Assembly (NCBI GenBank): GCA_964605735.1
Contig: CAZSDS010000001.1
Coordinates: 480,126-544,125 of the forward strand
Length of the DNA stretch: 64,000 nt
Source: an uncultured Candidatus Saccharibacteria bacterium
GTDB lineage: Bacteria; Patescibacteriota; Doudnabacteria; UBA920; O2-02-FULL-48-8
Direction: 5' to 3'
Shown here in pieces: positions 29,018 to 36,728 of this stretch; within the stretch, counting starts at the first letter, position 1, and each line of letters opens with the position of its first letter. The translations under genes and the position numbers were made by a program. The notes beneath the pieces are model-generated. The model saw only the letters and a program-made list of their open reading frames with translations, was not told the origin of the DNA and searched no databases.

Positions 29018-29413
29018 ATGGCACGCCGATTAGACTCAACGGGTCCAAACGAGCGCAATGTCACATTTAATGCCAATAGAGACGAAACAAGGCACTTTGC
29101 GGACGATTATACAACCCGCAGTAATCCAATGTCCCGCCTGGTTTGGTGGATCGCTGGAATCATTTCAGCAATTCTTGCGTTGCGGCTCCTCATGCGGGCA
29201 TTTGGCGCGAATCCCGAAGCAGGGTTTACGGAATTTGTTTACAATCTTGCCGAGCCGTTTAGGGCACCATTCAGAAACAGCTTTGATGTGATTAACATAG
29301 AAGGAGCAGGGGTGTGGGAGTGGTCTACAGTTCTGGCAATAGCCGTATATCTGCTGGCCGCCGCACTCATTTCCGCTCTATTCTCCATGACTTCAAGGCA
29401 AGCGCTTAGATAG
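29018..29413 (+). CDS. YggT-family-like small membrane protein
   Basis: Two TM segments with a ...RAFGANP...FVYNLAEPFRAPFR pattern resembling YggT. Start may be the internal Met (MSRLVWW). Terminator hairpin at 29418-29448. Confidence 0.45.
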   Translation: MARRLDSTGPNERNVTFNANRDETRHFADDYTTRSNPMSRLVWWIAGIISAILALRLLMRAFGANPEAGFTEFVYNLAEPFRAPFRNSFDVINIEGAGVWEWSTVLAIAVYLLAAALISALFSMTSRQALR

Positions 29414-29417
29414 GAAA

Positions 29418-29448
29418 AACTCCCGATGGATTTCGGGAGTTTTTTGTC
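29418..29448 (+). terminator. intrinsic terminator
   Basis: Hairpin aactcccga-tggatt-tcgggagtt followed by TTTTTTG. Confidence 0.5.
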
Positions 29449-29464
29449 AAACACGAACGTTATC

Positions 29465-29962
29465 TTAAGCAGAGCAATCATCAAACCAATTCTGGTTCAT
29501 AAGCGAGAAATCCACGGTATTCACTATTCCATCCCTGTTTATATCTGCAATCGACCCGGAAGCAAACCATTCTGAATTCATTATTGACCAATCAATAGAA
29601 TTTACGAAACAGTCACTGCTTAGATCTCCGACCAAACTGGTCAGGCCTTGTCGCTTGAAAAAATCCCACATCAAAGCATTGGCTGAGATATCTCTTGTGG
29701 TTCGTCCTATCAGAAGCGAACTTACATACTGCCACCCATCAGGCCAGGTATGACCCCCGCCTACTACCTGATAAAGTTTAACCTCCCCCTGAAGGGTGCA
29801 ACCCGGATAATCATGCAGAACCACGGAAGTAGCATCACTCACATTATCAGGCAGGTTAGTGGAATTTGAATTGACATTGCATGAATTTGTGTTTGCGAAG
29901 AGCCCGGCGGTGGCAAACGCAGAAAGAACATCACCTTTTTCAAGATATAGAGTCAGCTCCAA
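29465..29962 (-). CDS. dockerin-type-I-repeat protein whose N-terminal part resembles only the C-terminal (His-loop) region of a PHB-depolymerase-type esterase; possibly a 5'-truncated gene
   Basis: C-terminal repeats DLSSDCFVNSIDWSIMNSEW and DINRDGIVNTVDFSLMNQNW fit DxNxDGxVNxxD. Upstream VVGGGHTWPDGW resembles the esterase His motif. No GxSxG region is present. Overlaps the next gene in another frame. Confidence 0.5.
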   Translation of the reverse strand: MELTLYLEKGDVLSAFATAGLFANTNSCNVNSNSTNLPDNVSDATSVVLHDYPGCTLQGEVKLYQVVGGGHTWPDGWQYVSSLLIGRTTRDISANALMWDFFKRQGLTSLVGDLSSDCFVNSIDWSIMNSEWFASGSIADINRDGIVNTVDFSLMNQNWFDDCSA

Positions 29963-30803
29963 AACCAGATTGTTCGTATATATTCTGATAAGAAATTTTT
30001 ACCAAATCTTTCCATTCTATATTTGGATTTTTGTTTCGGAATGATTTAACAACCCAATATCCTAAGCCGTACCCTGCCCAAACTTGGTAATCGTCACTGC
30101 CAAAAAATAGCTTCCTGGAAAAATCCTTATCTACTTCCAAAAACTTAAACTTTGCTTTCTCGAAGATGGCATTGGCTTCCTGCTCGGAAATTGCCCCTGA
30201 AATAAATGGTTTTTTGTTAAGAACCGTTTCCACATAATTTTCGGCCATTCCTTCATGGACCACTTGTTCCAAAGTGCGCCATTTGAATTCTGGGTCAGCC
30301 AAAATAATTTCTTGTGCAATGGAGTGATTATATTCATGCACCAAAGTTTCGTACAACATTTCCTCCCAGCCAGAAACAGTATTTATAAAAACAATGATTG
30401 CATTCTTCCAGCCGCACCAGCCCGTCACGCCATGCATTTTTTGTTTAACAAAATCCATAAAAGTTGGGAAAATGTATACATGCGTGGTGTTCTGCGTCGG
30501 CAAAATCTTTGTACAATCCCCAATTGCCCTATCAATCACCTCTGAAATTTTTCCTACATCAAAAGTCGAACTGTTTAAATCTGGCATGCTTACGTCAAAT
30601 CCAAATATTTGATTCTTCAAGATAGGTTCTAACTGCTCCAGCCTGGAATACCCCGCGAAACCCACTTCCTTGTCTTCCTCCACATGCTGGCTTAAAGACC
30701 GAATAAAACCACCCTGATCTGCGAAATCAGTTTTAAAATCCAAAAAGAAGTGTTTTTCCAGTCTTACATTCATAACTTTAGGGCTATTTACAAATACTAT
30801 CAA
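29940..30803 (-). CDS. putative Zn-dependent protease (HExxH; DUF2268-like)
   Basis: LVHEYNHSIAQE HExxH motif in a ~290-aa soluble protein. Family call is from memory and uncertain. Confidence 0.6.
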   Translation of the reverse strand: MIVFVNSPKVMNVRLEKHFFLDFKTDFADQGGFIRSLSQHVEEDKEVGFAGYSRLEQLEPILKNQIFGFDVSMPDLNSSTFDVGKISEVIDRAIGDCTKILPTQNTTHVYIFPTFMDFVKQKMHGVTGWCGWKNAIIVFINTVSGWEEMLYETLVHEYNHSIAQEIILADPEFKWRTLEQVVHEGMAENYVETVLNKKPFISGAISEQEANAIFEKAKFKFLEVDKDFSRKLFFGSDDYQVWAGYGLGYWVVKSFRNKNPNIEWKDLVKISYQNIYEQSGFGADSIS

Positions 30804-30834
30804 AAAACATTAGCTTCCGCTAATGTTTTTTGTC

Positions 30835-31251
30835 TTAAGGTTTTTTAGGTGATATGTTAACCAACCACCTAATACCAAACTTGTCAGTCAACATGCCGAA
30901 CCTGTCACCCCATGGCGCTTGTTCCAGCGGCTGTTCTATATTCCCGCCTTGCGCCAGCTTGTCCCAATAACCCTGCAACTCCTGCTCATTGTCTCCACTG
31001 AGCGAAAGAGACACGTTATTCCCCGGCTTGTACTCCCACCCACTAGGAATGTCTGAGGCCATCAAGGTAATGCCATTATCAGCAGCAAAATGCGCATGCA
31101 TGACTTGGTCTTTTTCATCAGGAGAAACTGACATGCCACTTTCTCCGAAAGTACTAATATTCAATTTGCCGCCAAAGATCTTGTTATAAAATTCCATTGC
31201 TTCTCTGGCATTGCCCTCGAAATTCAAATATGGGTTGAGTTTACTCGTCAT
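30835..31251 (-). CDS. VOC-family protein, PhnB/YjdN-like (glyoxalase/bleomycin-resistance fold)
   Basis: NPYLNFEGNAREAMEFYNKIFGG start and APWGDRFGMLTDKFGIRW are typical of PhnB-like proteins. Confidence 0.75.
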   Translation of the reverse strand: MTSKLNPYLNFEGNAREAMEFYNKIFGGKLNISTFGESGMSVSPDEKDQVMHAHFAADNGITLMASDIPSGWEYKPGNNVSLSLSGDNEQELQGYWDKLAQGGNIEQPLEQAPWGDRFGMLTDKFGIRWLVNISPKKP

Positions 31252-31277
31252 TATTTTTTTGTTAATTATTTAAAAAA

Positions 31278-31463
31278 TCATTCCTTGGGATGTCTTTCCA
31301 AAAAATCTTTAATCATGGCTTCCTGTTCCTCGACAAATTCATGGCCACTGTGTTTTTCCAGAAACTTTCTAAGAAACCCGACTTCAGCGCGAAGCGCCAT
31401 CAGGGTGCCCTGCTCTTCGCCAAACCGGTTGATTAATTCTTGGACGAATTCCGGATATGTCAT
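31278..31463 (-). CDS. hypothetical small protein (61 aa)
   Basis: ORF only. Confidence 0.3.
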   Translation of the reverse strand: MTYPEFVQELINRFGEEQGTLMALRAEVGFLRKFLEKHSGHEFVEEQEAMIKDFLERHPKE

Positions 31464-31521
31464 GGATGCATTCTACTACAAGGCTGGCGAATTTCAATTA
31501 TGCAAAATGGCAAAAACCTCA

Positions 31522-31833
31522 TTACGCCCTTCTATTAAGCACAGCTTGAACCGAAGGGCTGATTTTCTTATCCTTGCGGTGAATGCAGCCCAGCCAGCAA
31601 CAAGGCCTGCGCATGCCCTCCTTAAGTTCCCTAATCGTCCTTTTGACGTGGTCTTTCCTGGTCTCGTCTTTTTTGACAAAAGTCACCCAGCAAATCCATT
31701 CATTGCGCGCCAGTGGAGTAAGGTCCTCCCACAATGCCAAAGCCGCTTTGTCTGAAGTCAAAGCTTTTCGCAAGTCAGGTGGCATTTTATGCGCAGTCCC
31801 TCCGGAAATCTGTTTGGTGGTAAATTTAGCCAT
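31522..31833 (-). CDS. YdeI/OmpD-associated family protein
   Basis: PPDLRKALTSDKAALALWEDLTPLARNEWICWVTFVKKDETRKDHVKRTI fits the YdeI_OmpD-associated pattern. Confidence 0.55.
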   Translation of the reverse strand: MAKFTTKQISGGTAHKMPPDLRKALTSDKAALALWEDLTPLARNEWICWVTFVKKDETRKDHVKRTIRELKEGMRRPCCWLGCIHRKDKKISPSVQAVLNRRA

Positions 31834-31867
31834 AACTCATTATAACAATACATCAGAAAAATGAAAC

Positions 31868-32977
31868 CTATTCCCTGCCGCTTAAAATCTGTTCGTAAAT
31901 CTTTTTATACCCCGCGGTCATCCTGGAGGCGCTGAATGTTTTTAGCGAATATTCCCGGCAATGAAACCGGTCAATGTCATCAATATGCTCCAAAGCATCC
32001 AGCATGCCTTCAAGGTCCTGGACAATAAACCCGGTTTTGCCATTTTCGATAATTTCCGGAATGGAGCCTTTATCAAACGCAATCACCGGACAGCCGCACG
32101 CCATGGCTTCTATCAAAGTCAGTCCAAATGGTTCACGCCAGGTCACTGGATGCAAAAAAGCCATGGCCTTGCTCATCAAGTCATTGCGCGTTTTTTCATC
32201 CACTTCACCCACCCATGTAATATGTTCGGACAAACGCGGTTCAATATACTCATGGAAATACGGCTTGTCCACTGGCTCCAGCTTTGCCGCAATTATCAGC
32301 GGAAGATTAAATTGCTGTGCAACATCAATGGCGTAGTGCACCCCCTTCTCCGCAGATATCCTTCCCACGAACAAAAGATATCCTTCATGTTCTTCGGAGA
32401 AAGGATAATGGTCCATGGACAAACCGTTATAAACCATTCCCGCATAATTCAGGCCAGGAGCCGGATAGCTTTGGGCATTGGAAATGGTTACTAAATGCGG
32501 ATTGCGGAACATGCTGAAAATTTTCCTGACTTCAGGAGTAAACGGCCCATGCATGGTCATGACCACCGGAGTTTGCGATAAATTCGCCGCCACTACGCTC
32601 AGGTAACCATTATGGTCGTGGATGATGTCAAAGTCCTTTTGAAGCTGGTAAGCCAGACCAATATTCATATACGTGTATATGTTCGTTCCATAAATGTCCC
32701 GGAGTTTTGCTTCCCGCAAAGCTCGCGGATAAACAGACTCCAGCTTAGCTGAAGTAATTGAGTCCCCGCTGGCGAACAGCGTCACCTCGTCTCCCTGCTT
32801 AACCAACTCTTCCGTAAGAGTGTAAACCACACGCTCGGTTCCGCCGTACTTTTTAGGGGGCACTCTTTCTATAATTGGAGCGATTTGTGCTATTTTCATT
32901 CTTTGAAGGGCTGAATTAATGATCTGAGCACATAAAAAAACACCTCTAAATCTAGGTGTTTTTTGAAAAAAAGACAA
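31868..32977 (-). CDS. glycosyltransferase family 4 (paralogue of 6610..7665)
   Basis: MKIAQIAPIIERVPPKKYGGTERV...VTLFASGDS...EPFGLTLIEAMACGCPVIAFDKGSIPEII. Start probably at the internal Met (MKIAQ). Confidence 0.85.
   Translation of the reverse strand: MSFFQKTPRFRGVFLCAQIINSALQRMKIAQIAPIIERVPPKKYGGTERVVYTLTEELVKQGDEVTLFASGDSITSAKLESVYPRALREAKLRDIYGTNIYTYMNIGLAYQLQKDFDIIHDHNGYLSVVAANLSQTPVVMTMHGPFTPEVRKIFSMFRNPHLVTISNAQSYPAPGLNYAGMVYNGLSMDHYPFSEEHEGYLLFVGRISAEKGVHYAIDVAQQFNLPLIIAAKLEPVDKPYFHEYIEPRLSEHITWVGEVDEKTRNDLMSKAMAFLHPVTWREPFGLTLIEAMACGCPVIAFDKGSIPEIIENGKTGFIVQDLEGMLDALEHIDDIDRFHCREYSLKTFSASRMTAGYKKIYEQILSGRE
32940..32972. terminator. bidirectional intrinsic terminator
   Basis: Hairpin aacacct-ctaaatct-aggtgtt with A-run and T-run on either side. 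Confidence 0.5.
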
Positions 32978-32994
32978 TTGGACGGACTGAAGCG

Positions 32995-33222
32995 TTACCT
33001 TACAGCAGGTCTGGTGGTTTCACCTGCTCTGCTGCTGGCAGCCAATAACACGTATAGTCCTGACAAGCCTACTAAAGTGTAAAGAGTTCGGGTGAAGCCA
33101 GACATATCTCCAAATATTGCGGCAACCAGATCGAAGTCAAAAAGCCCAACCAGTCCCCAATTAATGGCGCCAATGATAGTTAAAATAAGCGCCACCCAAG
33201 TCAACCCATTTAACCTGAACAT
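32995..33222 (-). CDS. DUF378 domain membrane protein
   Basis: GAINWGLVGLFDFDLVAAIFG is the DUF378 signature. Confidence 0.75.
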   Translation of the reverse strand: MFRLNGLTWVALILTIIGAINWGLVGLFDFDLVAAIFGDMSGFTRTLYTLVGLSGLYVLLAASSRAGETTRPAVR

Positions 33223-33324
33223 ATATACTCTATTTTTAATAATTAGAAACTTTATGATATAACGAGCTAATAAATAATATATTAGACGAAATACCAGTAG
33301 GATAAATAGCCAACTTTCCGTTGC

Positions 33325-33594
33325 TTGTGCTACAATAAGGTCAAATTAATTAAGTTATATATGCTTAAAACAGTTCATTCTGTGGCCTATTGGGTATTTG
33401 TCGCCTCTATAGTCATACTCACTCTGTTTGCCGTACTTTCCATCTGGGACGTATTTGGGAAGGAAGTATTTTGGAAATCAGTGGCAACCATTGGGGTAAT
33501 CACCTTTTCATCAGGAATTACCATGACAGTCACTCGTAACTTCGAGAAAGAGAGAGAAAAGGATAAAAATATTCCCAACCCTCCTCTTCAATAA
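33325..33594 (+). CDS. hypothetical small membrane protein
   Basis: Two predicted TM helices. Terminator follows at 33614-33645. Confidence 0.4.
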   Translation: MCYNKVKLIKLYMLKTVHSVAYWVFVASIVILTLFAVLSIWDVFGKEVFWKSVATIGVITFSSGITMTVTRNFEKEREKDKNIPNPPLQ

Positions 33595-33613
33595 GTAAAA
33601 ATAACTGCAACAG

Positions 33614-33645
33614 AAAAACACCCTTGATGGGTGTTTTTAGTTTTT
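33614..33645. terminator. bidirectional intrinsic terminator
   Basis: Hairpin aacaccc-ttgat-gggtgtt followed by TTTAGTTTTT, with an A-run upstream. Confidence 0.5.
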
Positions 33646-33646
33646 C

Positions 33647-35014
33647 TCATACTACATCTTCTGCTTTAGACTCTTGCAGAACTTCAACCGCCGATTCTGT
33701 TTCTGTTTTCTCAGGTTCTTCAATTTCCTGTTCAGTATCTTCATTAATCGGTTCCGATTCCTTAAACTCTGACTCCCTAACCGCTTCTTCTAATTCTTCA
33801 ACTTCTTCTGTTTCTGCTTTTTCTTCTGGTTCTTCTTCAGCTTCGCCAAAAAGCGTATAAGTCGACGACCCTCCATTGCTTAATCCCGGAGTAGGATTGC
33901 TGGTGATTACCCAATTGCCGCTGCCATCAGGAACCTGTGCGTATGTTTGGCCTCGTTTTGTTTGGCCGCAAGTCTCATCTGCATCGCAAACGCCTGGGTC
34001 AGGATATTCATACGAATCCACCAGAATATCAGAATTAAACAAACGTATTACATCTTCCTTGTTATTAATCTGAAAACCTTTTGAATTACAACCCGGAGAA
34101 CCTTTGGCGTAAACTGCCAGGAAACCATTTGGCGGAATGACAGTACTGCCCGTATTGGTCAAACAACCCCTGATCTCGATATAATGACTTCCTTGATTAT
34201 CCTTGCTGTCTCTGATCTTCCAGCCCTCAACGTCTACCGAATCCGTTTCAGATGGATTATAAAGTTCAACCCATTCTGAACCAGGCATATGGCTCTCATT
34301 CTCCGGCCATGGCATAAACTCATTGATGATAATATCCCCGGAAGACGGATTAGGATGTGAACCGCTGGATATGAAATTACCCAATTCTTCAACGTGGCTA
34401 AATCCGCTCTGCTTGTTAGGCAAATTAATCTGCCAACCAACAAATTCCAAATCAAACCTGCACTCCTCATTTAATGCTTCTTCCCCCGCGGAAAGCGGCA
34501 ATGTCAGGCTGAAAACCCAGTTTTCTGGTTCGCTAAAAACAAAAGGTCCCACATCAAACTTATCCAAACGCCCCCTAAACACCATGTCGTCATCACGATA
34601 CGCCCTCAATTCCAGTACGTCACAAAGATCTGACGAAGAAAAATTATTAGCCTCAACTTTATATTTGAAATCCAAGTTCCCCGTATTTACCATCCGAACA
34701 TTTCTGGACGAACCATCCCCTGGCGTAATCCCTGAAGGTTCAAATCCGGTTTCAGAAATAATATCAAAGGACAAGCGTCCAGAATTTATTTCTGAACGCA
34801 TGGAAGTGGCAGAATCAGAAAAGTACGCGAGTGTGGACCTGACAAATGGGAAACAAGCGGTTACCAGAACGACAAACATTAAATTAAGGACAGCAATTTT
34901 TCTGTAAGGAATTGCTCTTTGTATTTTTTTAATTCCGGAAGATTTTTGTTTCAGGCCGAATGCTGAATCAAAACTCTTTGGTACGTTTAGGGGTTTGTTA
35001 ATCCTGTTATTCAT
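33647..35014 (-). CDS. SipW-cognate-type secreted protein with C-terminal lamin-tail domain (LTD) and acidic tail
   Basis: N-terminal TM, then AYFSDSATS (TasA/SipW-cognate cleavage-region motif). IIINEFMPWPENES...SEWVELYNPSETDSVDVEGWKIRD...GFLAVYA matches the LTD consensus. Overlaps sipW by 8 nt. Confidence 0.75.
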   Translation of the reverse strand: MNNRINKPLNVPKSFDSAFGLKQKSSGIKKIQRAIPYRKIAVLNLMFVVLVTACFPFVRSTLAYFSDSATSMRSEINSGRLSFDIISETGFEPSGITPGDGSSRNVRMVNTGNLDFKYKVEANNFSSSDLCDVLELRAYRDDDMVFRGRLDKFDVGPFVFSEPENWVFSLTLPLSAGEEALNEECRFDLEFVGWQINLPNKQSGFSHVEELGNFISSGSHPNPSSGDIIINEFMPWPENESHMPGSEWVELYNPSETDSVDVEGWKIRDSKDNQGSHYIEIRGCLTNTGSTVIPPNGFLAVYAKGSPGCNSKGFQINNKEDVIRLFNSDILVDSYEYPDPGVCDADETCGQTKRGQTYAQVPDGSGNWVITSNPTPGLSNGGSSTYTLFGEAEEEPEEKAETEEVEELEEAVRESEFKESEPINEDTEQEIEEPEKTETESAVEVLQESKAEDVV

Positions 35015-35525
35015 TGTTTTCTGCCTTTCGCCTATTCCGGATCTTCTTTATTTCATCCCAAATAACGGATAATTCCTCAATTATCAAAAGCACGGCCGGC
35101 AAAATTATCAGGATTGTGAATCCGACTGGCTGTTTTGCAAAGTCAATAATGTATCCTACATGCGGCACGGTGAGAAAAACTTTGCCGATAATCTCATTTT
35201 GCACGACTTCATTTTGATCATCCGAATCATTTGCATCACCTTTAGTGGTGAAGGTCTCATTCGTATTTTTCCGAATTATCCTGTGAGTGGTCGGGACTGA
35301 ATTGGCTTTGCCAAAAGTTATTATATCTCCAGCGGTGTATGAAGCCTGTTGTTTGACAAATACTAAACTCCCCGTCATGACGGCTGGTTCCATGGAACCG
35401 GACTCAACCACATACGCCTTAAAGTTTCCAAAGACAGGGAATGCGGTCAGCAATAACAAGAACCCGATTGCTGAAAGCAGCAAGGTTAGAAATATTGTTG
35501 CGGTTTTTGTTGCCAGTTTTTTCAA
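35007..35525 (-). CDS. sipW: signal peptidase I, SipW (archaeal/ER-type S26B)
   Basis: N-terminal TM. SGSMEP catalytic Ser motif and downstream His region (TTHRIIRK) are typical of SipW-type peptidases. C-terminal TM. Confidence 0.85.
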   Translation of the reverse strand: MKKLATKTATIFLTLLLSAIGFLLLLTAFPVFGNFKAYVVESGSMEPAVMTGSLVFVKQQASYTAGDIITFGKANSVPTTHRIIRKNTNETFTTKGDANDSDDQNEVVQNEIIGKVFLTVPHVGYIIDFAKQPVGFTILIILPAVLLIIEELSVIWDEIKKIRNRRKAENNE

Positions 35526-35589
35526 AGGGGTTGAAGTTAGTTAACCTTATTAGCCGCCTGAAAAAAATTTCCGGCGGCTTAAAGATGAG

Positions 35590-36375
35590 CTAAGGAACGA
35601 TCTGATAGTCTAAATTACCACGTAGCCAGTTATTGTGCCCATGGTTTGGTCCAACATAACCCGGAGTTGACGTTAGGAAACTATCAAGCGCTGCGTCATT
35701 GGTTTGGGTAGCGTCAACAGTTAAACTCAAGCTTAAACTCTGATTTTGATATAAGTTACCAGCTTCTTCTGCCATACCTAATCTGAAACTGAATTTGTAT
35801 GCATATCCTGGATTCAAAGCGCCTGATAGATTATTCCCCACACCAATATTCCAAATGTTCATTCTGGTATTCCAAGTATCCAAGCTGATTTTTCCAAAAT
35901 CATATGATGTAGCGCTAACAGGCCACCTTCCGCTTCCAATACCATCAGTAATAAACTGATCAACTACTGGTCCATCCGGAGCTGGGTCAGGATATCCAAA
36001 ATCCGGTTGTGCCCAGCTACCGCCATCAGGTGTTAAAAAAGCCATCTTAGCATCTTTGATGTAAATGGCTTTTTCCATACCTTCATCCCCCATAACATTA
36101 AAATGTCCAAACCAAGCCAGAGGCATTGCACCGTCATTCTTGACTATCACATCGACCCAATCTGTTGAGTCACCAGGAGCCAAAACCAAATTATCAGCTA
36201 AGGTCCATTCAAAAGACTCTGCTGAATCATTTTCATTCACATCCAAACTTAAAGTACCTGATGACAAAGTGCTTGTAGCACTTGTTGTAGTGTCAGTGAA
36301 AAACGCACCAGTGGCAGCAGTAACCGCAACCGCAATGATCACAATCATGCTGACACTCATTAATATTCTTTTCAT
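35590..36375 (-). CDS. TasA/camelysin (peptidase M73)-family SipW-cognate protein
   Basis: Signal region ending ...ATGAFFTDTTTS (AFFTD motif typical of TasA/CalY). Size and composition fit the family. Confidence 0.8.
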   Translation of the reverse strand: MKRILMSVSMIVIIAVAVTAATGAFFTDTTTSATSTLSSGTLSLDVNENDSAESFEWTLADNLVLAPGDSTDWVDVIVKNDGAMPLAWFGHFNVMGDEGMEKAIYIKDAKMAFLTPDGGSWAQPDFGYPDPAPDGPVVDQFITDGIGSGRWPVSATSYDFGKISLDTWNTRMNIWNIGVGNNLSGALNPGYAYKFSFRLGMAEEAGNLYQNQSLSLSLTVDATQTNDAALDSFLTSTPGYVGPNHGHNNWLRGNLDYQIVP

Positions 36376-36728
36376 TTTTAACCTTTCTTTTTGCGCAAAT
36401 GCGCGATTAGTTATTTGTTCCTGTTATAACCCCAAATGTCGAAAATACATTATGGGAGCATCACGCCCCCAACTGGAGCAAGGAAATTTTCCCGGCCCCA
36501 TACCGGGGGCCTAACAGAAGATTTATGGCTATCCGCTTAGAGCGTTCGACCAATAGCCTCTCGCATATAGCTTTATGCTTAGCAATAAGCGTAAGCCTAA
36601 GCAATAACGCCGTCAATGCCTTTTTGTGAATAACAAGTGCATAACATGTGCACAAAAATAAAACCATAAGTTCGCTAAAACTCATGGTTTGTACGTAATC
36701 CTGCCCTGTTTTAACAAAGACCTTTAGG

